Part shown: piece by piece, positions 53,633 through 63,449 of the stretch | Layout of the letters: each line of letters begins with the position of its first letter | Numbering within the stretch: the first letter of the stretch is position 1 | Origin: Actinomycetales bacterium | GTDB taxonomy: Bacteria > Actinomycetota > Actinomycetes > Actinomycetales > CAVURS01 | Length of the DNA stretch: 64,000 bases | Reading direction: 5' to 3' | NCBI GenBank assembly: GCA_045807245.1 | Contig: JBJMHS010000027.1 | Coordinates: 62,001-126,000, forward strand | Notes under the pieces: model-generated | The model's input: the letters and a program-made list of their open reading frames with translations, nothing else | The model's database searches: none | Told to the model about the DNA's origin: nothing | Program-made: the position numbers and the translations under genes

Positions 53633-55477
53633 CTAGCCGGAGGGCGTGTCGGTCGATGTGTCGGTCGGCGTTGGCGTCGGCTGCCCGTTGGAGACCGTCA
53701 GCGTCACGGTCTGGCCCCGCTTGAGCACGTCACCGGCGTGGTCCTGGGCGATGACCTGGTTGGCCGGCTGGTCGCTCGGCGCCAGCTGCTGCTTGACCTT
53801 GAACCCGGCGGCCGTGAGCTTCTGCGCCGCCGTGAGGTTGTCCTGGCCCACGACGTTCGGCACGGTGGCCTTGCCGCTCGCCAGGTGCAGCGCCACGGAG
53901 GAGTTCTTGTCGACGGTCTGGCCGCCCGGCGGGTCGGTGTCGATGACCTTGCCGGCGTCCTGTGCAGCCGACTCCACCGTGTCCGTCGTACTCACCTTCA
54001 GCCCGGCGGCCTCGAGCTCCTGGGTGGCATCGGCCTTGCTCATGCCGGAGACGTCTGGGACGCGCACCTTGTTCGGGCCGGCCGACACGGTCAGCGCGAC
54101 CGTGGTGTTCGGGTCGACCTTGGTGCCCGCGGTCGGGTCCTGGCTCGCGACCTGGCCCTTCTCGACGGTGTCGCTCGGAGCCTCGGTCACCGTCGACTTG
54201 AGCCCGACCTTGGTCAGCTCGGCCTGGGCCGCGGCCTGGGTCAGGTTCGTGACGGTCGGTACGGCGACCTTCGTCGGACCTTTGTCGCCGCCGAACAGCT
54301 TCGGGCCGAAGACGAACAGCAGTACGGCGATCGCGGCCAACGCGGCCAGCGTCAGCAGGACGTACGCCCCCGCGCGGTTGGGCTTCTCCTCGTCGGGAGG
54401 CGCCGCGTGCCCGACCCCGATCGTCGCCGGTCCGCCGCCCATCGTGGACGGGTCGTATCCGCCCGCCGGCACCTCCGTCGCAACGGGCATCGCCTGGGTG
54501 GCGGCCTGGTACGGCATGGCCTCGGTCATCGCGGCCGCAGCGGCGGCGGCCTCCGCGCCGAGCCCGGGCACCGGCCCGGCCGCCACACCCGCCGCACCGC
54601 GCGCCTCGGCGCTGATCGGGTGCCCGGTCAGGACGGCTTCGGCGTCCGCGCGCATGCTCGCCGCGTCCTGGTACCGCGCCTCGCGGTCCTTGGTCAGCGC
54701 ATGCATGACGATCGAGTCGACGTCAGGGGGGATGCCGGCGACGAGCGTGCTCGGAGCGGCAGGCATCTCACCGACGTGCTGGTAGGCGACCGACACCGGC
54801 GAGTCGCCGACGAACGGCGGTCGCCCGGTGAGCAGCTCGAACAGCAGGCAGCCGGTCGAGTACAGGTCGGAGCGAGCGTCGACCGGCTGCCCCTTCGCCT
54901 GCTCGGGCGAGAGGTACTGCGCCGTACCGATCACTGCCTGGGTCGCAGTCATCGTCGCCGACGAGTCGGCCACCGCCCGGGCGATGCCGAAGTCCATGAC
55001 CTTGACCGCTCCGGTCGGCGTCAGCATCACGTTGGCCGGCTTGATGTCACGGTGGACGATGCCGGCCCGATGGCTGTACTCCAGGGCCGTGAGGACGCCG
55101 TCCGTGATCCGGATGGACTCCTGCCAGTCCAGGTGGGAGTTGGTCGACAGCAGGTCGCGGACCGTGCGGCCCTCGACGTACTCCATGACGATGTACGGCA
55201 CGGTGAGGTTCGCGCCGCCGGCTTCCGGCACCAGATCCTCGCCGCTGTCGTAGACCGCGACGATCGCCGGGTGGTTCAGGGACGCCGCGGCCTGGGCCTC
55301 TCGGCGGAACCGCTTGTGGAACTGGGGGTCTCGCGCCAGGTCCGTGCGGAGCATCTTGATGGCGACGGCGCGGCCGAGTCGGGTGTCGCGGCCGACATGG
55401 ACCTCGGCCATGCCACCTCGCCCGAGCAGTGGACCCACCTCGTAGCGTCCGCCCAGCAGGCGGGGGGTGTCGCTCAC
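53633..55477 (-). CDS. pknB: PASTA-domain Ser/Thr kinase PknB
   Basis: GRGGMAEV, VAIK, HRDIKPAN, DFGIAR, GTAQYLSPE, TM, three PASTA repeats. Confidence 0.96.
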   Translation of the reverse strand: MSDTPRLLGGRYEVGPLLGRGGMAEVHVGRDTRLGRAVAIKMLRTDLARDPQFHKRFRREAQAAASLNHPAIVAVYDSGEDLVPEAGGANLTVPYIVMEYVEGRTVRDLLSTNSHLDWQESIRITDGVLTALEYSHRAGIVHRDIKPANVMLTPTGAVKVMDFGIARAVADSSATMTATQAVIGTAQYLSPEQAKGQPVDARSDLYSTGCLLFELLTGRPPFVGDSPVSVAYQHVGEMPAAPSTLVAGIPPDVDSIVMHALTKDREARYQDAASMRADAEAVLTGHPISAEARGAAGVAAGPVPGLGAEAAAAAAAMTEAMPYQAATQAMPVATEVPAGGYDPSTMGGGPATIGVGHAAPPDEEKPNRAGAYVLLTLAALAAIAVLLFVFGPKLFGGDKGPTKVAVPTVTNLTQAAAQAELTKVGLKSTVTEAPSDTVEKGQVASQDPTAGTKVDPNTTVALTVSAGPNKVRVPDVSGMSKADATQELEAAGLKVSTTDTVESAAQDAGKVIDTDPPGGQTVDKNSSVALHLASGKATVPNVVGQDNLTAAQKLTAAGFKVKQQLAPSDQPANQVIAQDHAGDVLKRGQTVTLTVSNGQPTPTPTDTSTDTPSG

Positions 55478-55556
55478 GTCGTGCCTTCCTTGTCGTACGT
55501 CGTGCTGGTCGTCATGGGTCCCCCTGATCTGCGATACGTCTGGGTCATGTGATGTC

Positions 55557-57014
55557 TCATAGCCCGAGCACCGCCTCGATGACCTTCTTGGCGATGGGTG
55601 CGGCCACCTTGCCGCCGTACGCCTCGTTGCCCGCCTTGCCGCCGTCCTCGACGACGACCGCGACGGCGACCCGGGGGTTGCCGGCCGGTGCGAACGCCGT
55701 GAACCACGCGTGCGGTGGCTTGCCCGGACCCTGCTGTGCCGTACCGGTCTTGCCCGCGACGCTGAGGCCGGAGATCTGGGCCGACGTACCAGTGCCGCCG
55801 GCCACGACGGCCTGCATCATGCGGGTCAGCTCGGCGGCCGCCTCGCCGCTCATGGCCTGGCCGAGCGATGTCGGGTCGGTCTGGCTGATCACCGAAAGGT
55901 CAGGCGCCCGAACGGATTTCACCAGGTAGGGCTGCATGACCTGGCCGCCGTTCGCGACGGCCGCCGCAACCATGGCGACCTGCAAGGGCGTCACGCGGAC
56001 GTCGTACTGGCCGATCGCCGACTGCGCCGTCTGCGGCGGGTCGAGCTGGGCCGGTACGACGCTCGGAGTCACCGGCATCGGGACGCGCAAGGGCTTTCCG
56101 AAGCCGAACTTGGCCGCCTGGTCGCGCAGTGCCTGCGCGCCGAGCTGGAGTCCGAGCCAGCCGAACGCCGTGTTGCAGGAGATCCGCAAGGCGTCGGTGA
56201 GGGAGATCTTGCCGCCCGGTCCGCATGCGCTCGCGAAGTCGTTGTGCAGGTCCACGCTGGTCTGGGGCAGGTCCAGAGCGGCCGGCCCTGGGATCTGGCT
56301 GTCCTCGTTGAACCGGCCGGAGTCGAGCGCCGCGGCCGCCGTCACGAGCTTGAACACGGAGCCGGGCGGGTACAGCCGACCGGCGATCGCGCGGTTGTCG
56401 AGCGGCCGGTTCGCGTTGGCGTTCAACGACTTCCATGCCTCGGTGCTCGCCTTGAGGTCGTGCGTCGCCAGTACGCCGGGGTCGTAGTCCGGGTGGCTGA
56501 CCATGGCGAGGATCGCGCCCGTCTTCGGGTCCAGCGCGACAACCGCACCGCGTTGGTTGCCCAGCGCGTCGTCCGCAGCGCGTTGGGCGGCCGGGTTGAT
56601 TGTGAGCTCGACCGACGCACCGGCCGGCCGCTTGCCGGAGACCAGGTCGACGACTCGTCGGTAGAAGAGCGCGTCCGAAGACCCGGACAGGTACGAGTCC
56701 TGACTGCCCTCGATGCCACCGCCCGCGCCGTACAGGAACGAGTAATACCCGGTCAGGTGCGAGTAGAGCCGGGCCTGCGGGTACGTCCGCTGGAACTGGT
56801 AGTCGTCATGGCTTGGCACGGACCGGGCGATCGGGGTCGAGCCGACGAGGATCGCACCCCGCTCGCGGCTGAACGTCGCGAGGAGGGTACGGCGGTTGCC
56901 CGGCTTGTCCTGCAAGGCTTTCGCGTTCACGAACTGCACCCACGTCAGTGACGAGAGCAGTAGCGCGAAGAGCAGGCTGGCGACCAGGGCCAGGCGACGG
57001 ACGGGCGCGTTCAT
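55557..57014 (-). CDS. pbpA: Class B penicillin-binding protein PbpA
   Basis: ATG at 57014; SxxK (SVFK), SxN (SCN), KTG. Confidence 0.93.
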   Translation of the reverse strand: MNAPVRRLALVASLLFALLLSSLTWVQFVNAKALQDKPGNRRTLLATFSRERGAILVGSTPIARSVPSHDDYQFQRTYPQARLYSHLTGYYSFLYGAGGGIEGSQDSYLSGSSDALFYRRVVDLVSGKRPAGASVELTINPAAQRAADDALGNQRGAVVALDPKTGAILAMVSHPDYDPGVLATHDLKASTEAWKSLNANANRPLDNRAIAGRLYPPGSVFKLVTAAAALDSGRFNEDSQIPGPAALDLPQTSVDLHNDFASACGPGGKISLTDALRISCNTAFGWLGLQLGAQALRDQAAKFGFGKPLRVPMPVTPSVVPAQLDPPQTAQSAIGQYDVRVTPLQVAMVAAAVANGGQVMQPYLVKSVRAPDLSVISQTDPTSLGQAMSGEAAAELTRMMQAVVAGGTGTSAQISGLSVAGKTGTAQQGPGKPPHAWFTAFAPAGNPRVAVAVVVEDGGKAGNEAYGGKVAAPIAKKVIEAVLGL

Positions 57015-58408
57015 CGGACCCTCACCACCTGGGTCGCCTCGTCCGGGGCCGGCAGCGGCAACGCCTCCGGGGCCGGCCGGCGGGCGTGGTCGCTGATCCG
57101 CAGCAGCAGGGCGACGATCGACCAGTTGGCGAGCAGCGACGATCCGCCGTGCGACAGGAAGGGCATGGTGAGGCCGGTCAATGGAATCAGGCGGGTGACG
57201 CCGCCGACGACGACGAAGCACTGCAACGCGACGGAGAAGGCCAGCCCGGCGGCGAGCAGCTTGCCGAACCCGTCGCGGACGCCGATCGACGTGCGCAGGC
57301 CGCGCTCGACGATCAGGCCGTAGATCAGCAGCAGGCCGAACAGCCCGACCAGGCCGAGCTCTTCGCCGAACGCCGGCACGATGAAGTCGCTCTCGGCGAA
57401 CGGGATCATCGACGGCCGTCCCTGGCCCAGACCGGCGCCGAACATGCCACCCGCCGCCATGCCGTACAGACCCTGCACGACCTGGTAGCTGCCGCCGAAC
57501 GGCTTGTTGAGGACGGCCGGGTCGAACGCGTGCAGCCAGATGTCGACCCGGTCCTGGACGTGGGCGAACGCCAGGTACGCCGTGTACGCACCGGCGGCGA
57601 ACAGGCCGAGACCGATGACGATCCAGCTCCGCCGCTCGGTCGCGACGTAGAGCATCGCGACGAACAGGCCGAAGAACAGCAGCGACGAGCCCAGGTCGTG
57701 CTCGAACACCAGGACGCCGAGGCTGGCCAGCCAGGCCACGATGATCGGCCCCAGGTCGCGTCCGCGCGGGAGGGCGACGCCCATGAACCGCCGGCCCACG
57801 AGCGACAGCACGTCCCGGTGCGTGACGAGGTACCCGGCGAAGAACACGGCCAGGGTGATCTTGGCGATCTCACCGGGCTGGAAGCTCAACGGCCCCAGGC
57901 CAATCCAGATCCGCGAGCCGTTGATGGTCTTGCCGATCCCCGGAGCCAACGGCAGCACCAGCAGCGCCAGGCTGACCACCATCGCGGTGTAGGTGTACCG
58001 GCGCAGCACCCGGTGGTCCCGGATGACCCAGAGGACGGTGATGGCACCGACGACGCCGATCGCGCTCCAGACCAGCTGGCGCAGGGCGTAGGCGTCAGTG
58101 CCGGTCCTGGTCGCCGGGTGCGCGAGGTCGAGGCGGTGGATCATCACCAGGCCGAGCCCGTTGAGCAGCGTCGCGGCCGGGAGCAGAACCGGGTCGGCGT
58201 ACTTCGCCCGCAGGCGCAGGCTCAGGTGGATCGCGCCGGACAGGGCCACCAGACCGGCGCCGTAGTAGATGAGGTCCGGCGGCACCTCGTCCTGCATCGC
58301 CATGCCGACCTGCGCGTAGGCCAGCAGCACGATGCCGATCGCCAGGACCAGCAGCGCGAGCTCGACGTTGCGGCGCGACCGAGGAGCGACGGGGATGACG
58401 CTGGACAT
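57011..58408 (-). CDS. rodA: SEDS glycosyltransferase RodA/FtsW
   Basis: ATG at 58408; SFQPGEIAK, DLG, ESDFI..GEELG, IPLTGLTMPFLSHGGSS. Confidence 0.93.
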   Translation of the reverse strand: MSSVIPVAPRSRRNVELALLVLAIGIVLLAYAQVGMAMQDEVPPDLIYYGAGLVALSGAIHLSLRLRAKYADPVLLPAATLLNGLGLVMIHRLDLAHPATRTGTDAYALRQLVWSAIGVVGAITVLWVIRDHRVLRRYTYTAMVVSLALLVLPLAPGIGKTINGSRIWIGLGPLSFQPGEIAKITLAVFFAGYLVTHRDVLSLVGRRFMGVALPRGRDLGPIIVAWLASLGVLVFEHDLGSSLLFFGLFVAMLYVATERRSWIVIGLGLFAAGAYTAYLAFAHVQDRVDIWLHAFDPAVLNKPFGGSYQVVQGLYGMAAGGMFGAGLGQGRPSMIPFAESDFIVPAFGEELGLVGLFGLLLIYGLIVERGLRTSIGVRDGFGKLLAAGLAFSVALQCFVVVGGVTRLIPLTGLTMPFLSHGGSSLLANWSIVALLLRISDHARRPAPEALPLPAPDEATQVVRVR

Positions 58409-59844
58409 CAGCCGCTCCCGCATCCGGTGTCGGGCGACGTCGTCGGCGACGTGGTCGAGGTCGTCGGGGAGCCGCTCGCCGTACTCGTTGTCGGCCGAGC
58501 GGTAGCAGTCGACGTGGTGGCGCTTGCCGTCGCGGTACCGCTCGTCGGTGACGTGGTCGCGGTCGCCGTCGGAGTCGGCGTCGCGGTGGGCGACGCGCAC
58601 AAGGCTGCCTGCTGGCGGAGGTTCTCCACGACCGCGCGGGCCTTGGGCAGGTTGGCGGCGGTGATGCGTTGCTGCACCTGGTCACGCCAGTACGAGGGCA
58701 GCTGCTCGACCGGCAGGTCCTGGCGCTCGTAGACGCTGGACAGATGCACCGGGCCGACGTCCTGCGGCAGACCGCGATAGATCGCGACGTTGCCGGCCTG
58801 GGTGCCGACGAAGTACTGCTGTTGGCTCCACGCGTACGCCGCGTACCCTCCGCCGCCGACCAGGCCCAGGACGAGGACGACCAGAAGCAGGAGCATTCCC
58901 TTGTGCCGCTTCGGCTTCGGCTCCCCGGCTTCACTGTCGTCGGTAACGCCGTCGGTGTCCGAGTCGTCCGCGCCGGCTGCGGCTGCGGCAGCGGTCTGGC
59001 GGGCGAGCGCGGCCGCCTTGCCGGCAGGTGAGTCGGCCGGCGCGGACGACGTCGTGATCTCGTGCAGCGCGGCGGCGCCGACGACCTCTGGCGACGTCGG
59101 CGGTCCGGACACGCGGTCGAGGTCGACGACGTCCGCGACGATGCACGTGACGTTGTCGGACGCGCCGCCCTTGAGGGCCAGGTCGATCAGCGCCTCGGCC
59201 CGGGCGGTGACGTCGGACTCCTCGCCGAGCACCTCGGCCAGCGTCTCCTCCGACACGACGCCGGTCAGGCCGTCCGAGCAGAGCAGGTAGGTGTCGCCCG
59301 GTTTGGCGTCGCGGATGGACAGGTCCGGTGTGTCCTCGCGCTCACCCGTCAGCACCCGCGTGATGAGGTTGCGCTGCGGGTGGTTGCGCGCCTCGTCCTC
59401 GGTCAGCCGGCCCTCGTCGACGAGCGTCTGCACGAAGGTGTGGTCGTGAGTGAGCTGGGTCAGCGTGCCGTCGCGCAACAGGTACCCCCGCGAGTCCCCG
59501 ATGTGCGCCAGCGCCAGCTTGTTGCCGCTGTGCAGGATGGCAGTGACCGTCGTACCCATGCCGTGCAGGCTGGGCTCGGCGGCGACCCGGTCCCGCAGGT
59601 CCTGGTTCGCGTCGGCCAGCGCCCGGGTCAGCCGCTGGAGTGCGTCTCCGCCACCTGCGGCCTCGTCGTCCAGCACCACCAGCCGCGCGATCGCGGTGGA
59701 GCTGGCGACGTCACCTGCGGCGTGACCGCCCATGCCGTCCGCGATGACGAGCAGATGCGGCCCGGCGTACCCGGAGTCCTGGTTGTTGCTGTAGCGGCCC
59801 AGACCGATGTCGGAGCGGGCCGCGTAGCGCAGGGCGAGGTTCAT
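58408..59844 (-). CDS. pstP: PP2C-family Ser/Thr phosphatase PstP
   Basis: NQDS, ADGMGGH, GMGTT, HIGDSR, CSDGL, DN; TM. Confidence 0.93.
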   Translation of the reverse strand: MNLALRYAARSDIGLGRYSNNQDSGYAGPHLLVIADGMGGHAAGDVASSTAIARLVVLDDEAAGGGDALQRLTRALADANQDLRDRVAAEPSLHGMGTTVTAILHSGNKLALAHIGDSRGYLLRDGTLTQLTHDHTFVQTLVDEGRLTEDEARNHPQRNLITRVLTGEREDTPDLSIRDAKPGDTYLLCSDGLTGVVSEETLAEVLGEESDVTARAEALIDLALKGGASDNVTCIVADVVDLDRVSGPPTSPEVVGAAALHEITTSSAPADSPAGKAAALARQTAAAAAAGADDSDTDGVTDDSEAGEPKPKRHKGMLLLLVVLVLGLVGGGGYAAYAWSQQQYFVGTQAGNVAIYRGLPQDVGPVHLSSVYERQDLPVEQLPSYWRDQVQQRITAANLPKARAVVENLRQQAALCASPTATPTPTATATTSPTSGTATASATTSTATARPTTSTASGSPTTSTTSPTTSPDTGCGSG

Positions 59845-59850
59845 CCCGCG

Positions 59851-60366
59851 TTACTTCCGCAGCTCGAGCACGGTCTGGCCCACCCGCAGGGTCGTGCCGG
59901 CAGCGAGGGCGGTCGGACGCTCCACCCGCTCGCGGCCGATGAAGGTGCCGTTGGTCGAGCCGAGGTCCTCGACGTACCAGCGGCCGTCCTCGGGGTAGAT
60001 CCGGGCGTGCCGACCGGACGCGTAGTCATCGTCCAGGACCAGCGTCGCCTCCGGGTTGCGGCCGACCAGGATGGGGTTGCCGGACAGGTTGATGGTGGTG
60101 CCGGCCAGCGAGCCCTCGGTCACGACGATGCTGCGCGGGGCGGTGCGGCCGAAGCCCGGACCCGCAGGCTCGGCGGGGAAGCTGGCGCCGGGCGGCACCG
60201 GAGCCGCTGCCGGCCCAGGGGCCTTGCGGGCCCGGCCCTTGGCCGCCTTGGCCCGCACCTGCGTGCCGTAGATGTCGGTGCGGATCACGGCGACGACCGC
60301 GAGGACGAACAACCAGAGCGCGGCCAGCAGGCCGAGCCGAACGACAGTGAGGGTGAGCTCGCTCAT
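59851..60366 (-). CDS. fhaB: FHA domain protein FhaB (FipA)
   Basis: ATG at 60366; N-terminal TM, GR..SGRHA..DLGSTNGT. Confidence 0.9.
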   Translation of the reverse strand: MSELTLTVVRLGLLAALWLFVLAVVAVIRTDIYGTQVRAKAAKGRARKAPGPAAAPVPPGASFPAEPAGPGFGRTAPRSIVVTEGSLAGTTINLSGNPILVGRNPEATLVLDDDYASGRHARIYPEDGRWYVEDLGSTNGTFIGRERVERPTALAAGTTLRVGQTVLELRK

Positions 60367-60377
60367 GTCGGGAGGTT

Positions 60378-61262
60378 TCAGCGCTCCCCGCTGCGGAAGA
60401 CCAGGCGGGTGCGGCCCATCGTGATGCCGTTGCCGTCGGTCAGGACCGCTCCTGTCACCCGGTTCCCGTCGATGAACGTGCCGTTGGTGGAGCCGAGGTC
60501 GCGGACGTGGGCGACCAGCCGCGGGCCGTCGGTGGTGACCCGGATCTCGGCGTGACGACGCGAGACGCCGGGGTCGTCGATCACGATGTCGACGTCGCTG
60601 CCGCGGCCCACGATCGTCAACGCCCCGAGCAGGGGGTACGCGTGGCCGTCCACGTCCAGCCACGGCCGGCGCGCGGCCGGGATGTGACCGGCCTGCGCCG
60701 GCGGCGGTGCCTGCGGGAAGGTCTGCGGCTGCGGTACGGCGGACGCCGGGACCGGCACGGGAGGAGCCTGGGTGCGGACCGGCGGGGGCGGTGGGATCGC
60801 GGCTCCGGGCCCGGCGTACTCCGGCGGCGGGCTGGCCTCGGCCGCTTGAGCCGCTTGAGCCGCTTGGGCCCCGGGCTGCGCGCCGCTCGAGCCACGGACC
60901 GTCGCGGACCGCACCTGGTAGACGCCGGTGTCCAGGCCGTCGCGCTCCTCGAAGCCCACGCTCACCGGGCCGGGGAACGCGTACTGCTGGGCGTCGGCAT
61001 GCTCCTGCACGTTGGCGACGAGCTCCTCGGCGAGCACATCGGCGTACTCGGTCAGCCGCGCGTAGTCGGTCGACCCGAGCTCGACGATGAACGCGTTCGG
61101 CACGAGCGTGCGGCCCCGGCCCACAACCGCGGCCCGGTCGTCCATGGCGCGGCGCAGCGCGCTCGCGATCTCGACCGGCTGCACCTCGCTCTTGAACGCG
61201 CGGGCGAAGGCGCCGTTGACGGCCTTCTCGATCCCGCGTTCGAAGCGGTCGAGAACACCCAT
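60378..61262 (-). CDS. fhaA: DUF3662 + FHA domain protein FhaA
   Basis: DRFERGIE..FARAFKSEVQPVEIA; GR..VSRRHA..DLGSTNGT. Confidence 0.92.
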   Translation of the reverse strand: MGVLDRFERGIEKAVNGAFARAFKSEVQPVEIASALRRAMDDRAAVVGRGRTLVPNAFIVELGSTDYARLTEYADVLAEELVANVQEHADAQQYAFPGPVSVGFEERDGLDTGVYQVRSATVRGSSGAQPGAQAAQAAQAAEASPPPEYAGPGAAIPPPPPVRTQAPPVPVPASAVPQPQTFPQAPPPAQAGHIPAARRPWLDVDGHAYPLLGALTIVGRGSDVDIVIDDPGVSRRHAEIRVTTDGPRLVAHVRDLGSTNGTFIDGNRVTGAVLTDGNGITMGRTRLVFRSGER

Positions 61263-61484
61263 CCGGCACCTCCTCTCCCCGTGTCCTCCTGGGCCTCCGG
61301 CTGGGCCCGGACGCTGGGCACGCTGACGGCACCGTCCGGTGCCTGACGGCGCGTGTGGACAAGCCTAACGGCGTACGGCGTGCGCACGACTGCGTGCTAG
61401 CCTCGACGCCGGCTCCTGTACGGATATCCACACCGGATCTCCACGCCGTCCCGACACTGTCTGCGGGCCGGTGAACGGGGTCGA

Positions 61485-61568
61485 GCGCGAGTGGCGGAAT
61501 AGGCAGACGCGCACGGTTCAGGTCCGTGTGCCCGAAAGGGTGTGGGGGTTCAACTCCCCCCTCGCGCA
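61485..61568 (+). tRNA. tRNA-Leu(CAG)
   Basis: GCGCGAG/CTCGCGC acceptor stem, CACGG-TTCAGGT-CCGTG, long variable arm, GGTTCAACTCC. Confidence 0.96.
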
Positions 61569-61578
61569 CCCATAGTGC

Positions 61579-61611
61579 AAGGGTGAACCTGCAGGTCAGG
61601 CGCTCACCCTT
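61579..61611 (+). terminator. Hairpin downstream of tRNA-Leu
   Basis: AAGGGTGA...TCACCCTT inverted repeat. Confidence 0.45.
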
Positions 61612-61748
61612 TGGCCGTTCTCGGGCTCCTGGTAGTTCCGCCGACGGACAGGCACAACCGGCGTTCGCTGGCCCAATCGAGCCTCGATTCCCAGTTGTGC
61701 CTGTCCGCCCGCTGCGTGGGGTTGGTCCGGCTGGCCGCGCTGACGCGG

Positions 61749-62621
61749 TCAGGCGGGCCGGCGGGCGCTGGCCAGCACCGCGAGGCCAGGCAGGGCCAGA
61801 CCGTCGTCGGTGACGAACGGCGTCGCCAGCTCCATCGCGGGAGCGTTGATCCGGTCCATGACCTCACCCGGCACGGTCCGGGCCAGGGCAGCGATCGGCC
61901 CGGACAGGGACGCTGCGCGGTTCACCCAGTCCTGCAGCGACGGCGGCCGCATCGGCGCGGCCATCTCCTCGAGCCGGACCTCTGTGAAGCCGGCCCCGCG
62001 CAGCAAGCCGCTCAGCTCGGCCCGGTCGGCCAACGAGAACGGTCCACGGGCTCCGGGCGGCGCGACCGGTCGGCCGAGCACCTCGGTCGCGGCCCGCATG
62101 ATGAGGCCGAGCCATGGGTTCTCCTGCGGCGTACCCCACACAGCGACGGCCAGGCGGCCCCCCGGCTTGAGCACGTGGAACATCCCGCCGAACGCCCGGT
62201 GTGGGTCGGCGGCGAACTGGACACCGTCGCGGGAGAGCACCGCGTCGTACTGCTCCCCCGGCTCGGCGTCGAGGTCGCTCGCGTCGACCACGTCGCCGTG
62301 CGCCCAGGTCAGACCCCGAGCCGCCGCCTGCCCGGCCGCGATCCTGGCCATCTCGGGCGACACGTCGGACAGCACCACCCGGCCGGTGGGCCCGACCCGC
62401 TCGGCCGCCGCCAGTCCCGCGCCGCCCGGGCCGCACCCGACGTCGAGCACCTCATCACCGCTGGCGACCTCGGCCGCGGCCAGCATCCATGACGTGAGTC
62501 GCCCCGCCCGGTGCTCGACGAACGCCGCACCGCGCTCCCACGCGGGCCCCACCGCATCCCACATCTGCGCCGGAGTCAGCGCCGACGTGTCCTGCCTGCC
62601 GGTTCCCTCGGTCGTCGTCAT
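61749..62621 (-). CDS. Class I SAM-dependent methyltransferase
   Basis: ATG at 62621 after GGGAGG; VLDVGCGPG, DVSPEM, LKPGGRL. Confidence 0.9.
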   Translation of the reverse strand: MTTTEGTGRQDTSALTPAQMWDAVGPAWERGAAFVEHRAGRLTSWMLAAAEVASGDEVLDVGCGPGGAGLAAAERVGPTGRVVLSDVSPEMARIAAGQAAARGLTWAHGDVVDASDLDAEPGEQYDAVLSRDGVQFAADPHRAFGGMFHVLKPGGRLAVAVWGTPQENPWLGLIMRAATEVLGRPVAPPGARGPFSLADRAELSGLLRGAGFTEVRLEEMAAPMRPPSLQDWVNRAASLSGPIAALARTVPGEVMDRINAPAMELATPFVTDDGLALPGLAVLASARRPA

Positions 62622-62641
62622 CTGTCCGCCTCCCAATTAGT

Positions 62642-62676
62642 TACTCGTTATGAGTATTGAATACTCAGGTAGAGTA
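62642..62676. promoter_or_regulatory. Palindromic TetR operator
   Basis: TACTC-N4-TGAGTATT-G-AATACTCA-N4-GAGTA between divergent genes. Confidence 0.72.
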
Positions 62677-62681
62677 GCCAA

Positions 62682-63347
62682 ATGCCATCGGGTGTCAACC
62701 ACGAGTCGGCAGGCAGGACGCGGGCGTACGACTCCAGCCGCCGGCGGGCCCAGGCGGCGAACAGCCGGCGCGGCATCCTGGCGGCGGCGCAGCGGCTCTT
62801 CTCCGAGCAGGGCTACGCGGCGACGACCATGGCCGAGATCGCACGAGCCGCCGGGGTCTCGCTGAAGACCGTGTACCTCGCGTTCGAGACCAAGGGCGGG
62901 CTGATCCGCGCACTGTGGGACCTCGCGTTGAGGGGTGAGCCGGACATCGCCGTCGCCGAGCAGCCCTGGTACCGCGCAGTCCTCGACGAGCCCGATCCCG
63001 AGCGCAAGCTGCGCATCACCGCGGCCAACTCACGGGCGGTCAAGGCACGGATCGGCGGCGTGCTGGCAGTGATCCGCGGCTCGGCGCCGGCCGACCCCGA
63101 CCTGGCCGCACTCTGGTCGCTGATCCAGGCCGACTTCCACGCGAACCAGCGGGTCATCGTCCAGCAGCTGTACGACGCGGGCGCGCTGCGCCCGGACCTG
63201 ACCGTCGAGCAGGCGACCGACATCCTGTGGACGTTGAACCACCCGGACGTGTGGCTGCTCCTCGTCGGCGCCAGGGGCTGGACGCCGGAGGAGTGGGAGA
63301 CCTGGTTCGGTGACTCGGCGTGTGGCCAGCTGCTCAAAAAGTCCTAG
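62682..63347 (+). CDS. TetR/AcrR family transcriptional regulator
   Basis: RAYDSSRR, TMAEIARAAGVSLKTVY..F.TK HTH. Confidence 0.92.
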   Translation: MPSGVNHESAGRTRAYDSSRRRAQAANSRRGILAAAQRLFSEQGYAATTMAEIARAAGVSLKTVYLAFETKGGLIRALWDLALRGEPDIAVAEQPWYRAVLDEPDPERKLRITAANSRAVKARIGGVLAVIRGSAPADPDLAALWSLIQADFHANQRVIVQQLYDAGALRPDLTVEQATDILWTLNHPDVWLLLVGARGWTPEEWETWFGDSACGQLLKKS

Positions 63348-63449
63348 GCCGCTAAGGCACTGCGGATGGTCACTTCTGGCTACCCTCGATTACAGGGGGC
63401 TACGTGAAAAGGGTTGTACGAACACATGGCAGCGGTCCTCGGAGGACAT

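Noticed and set aside
63401..63410. TACGTGAAAA as an additional parS site
   Set aside because: Only a half-site; the left arm does not match.
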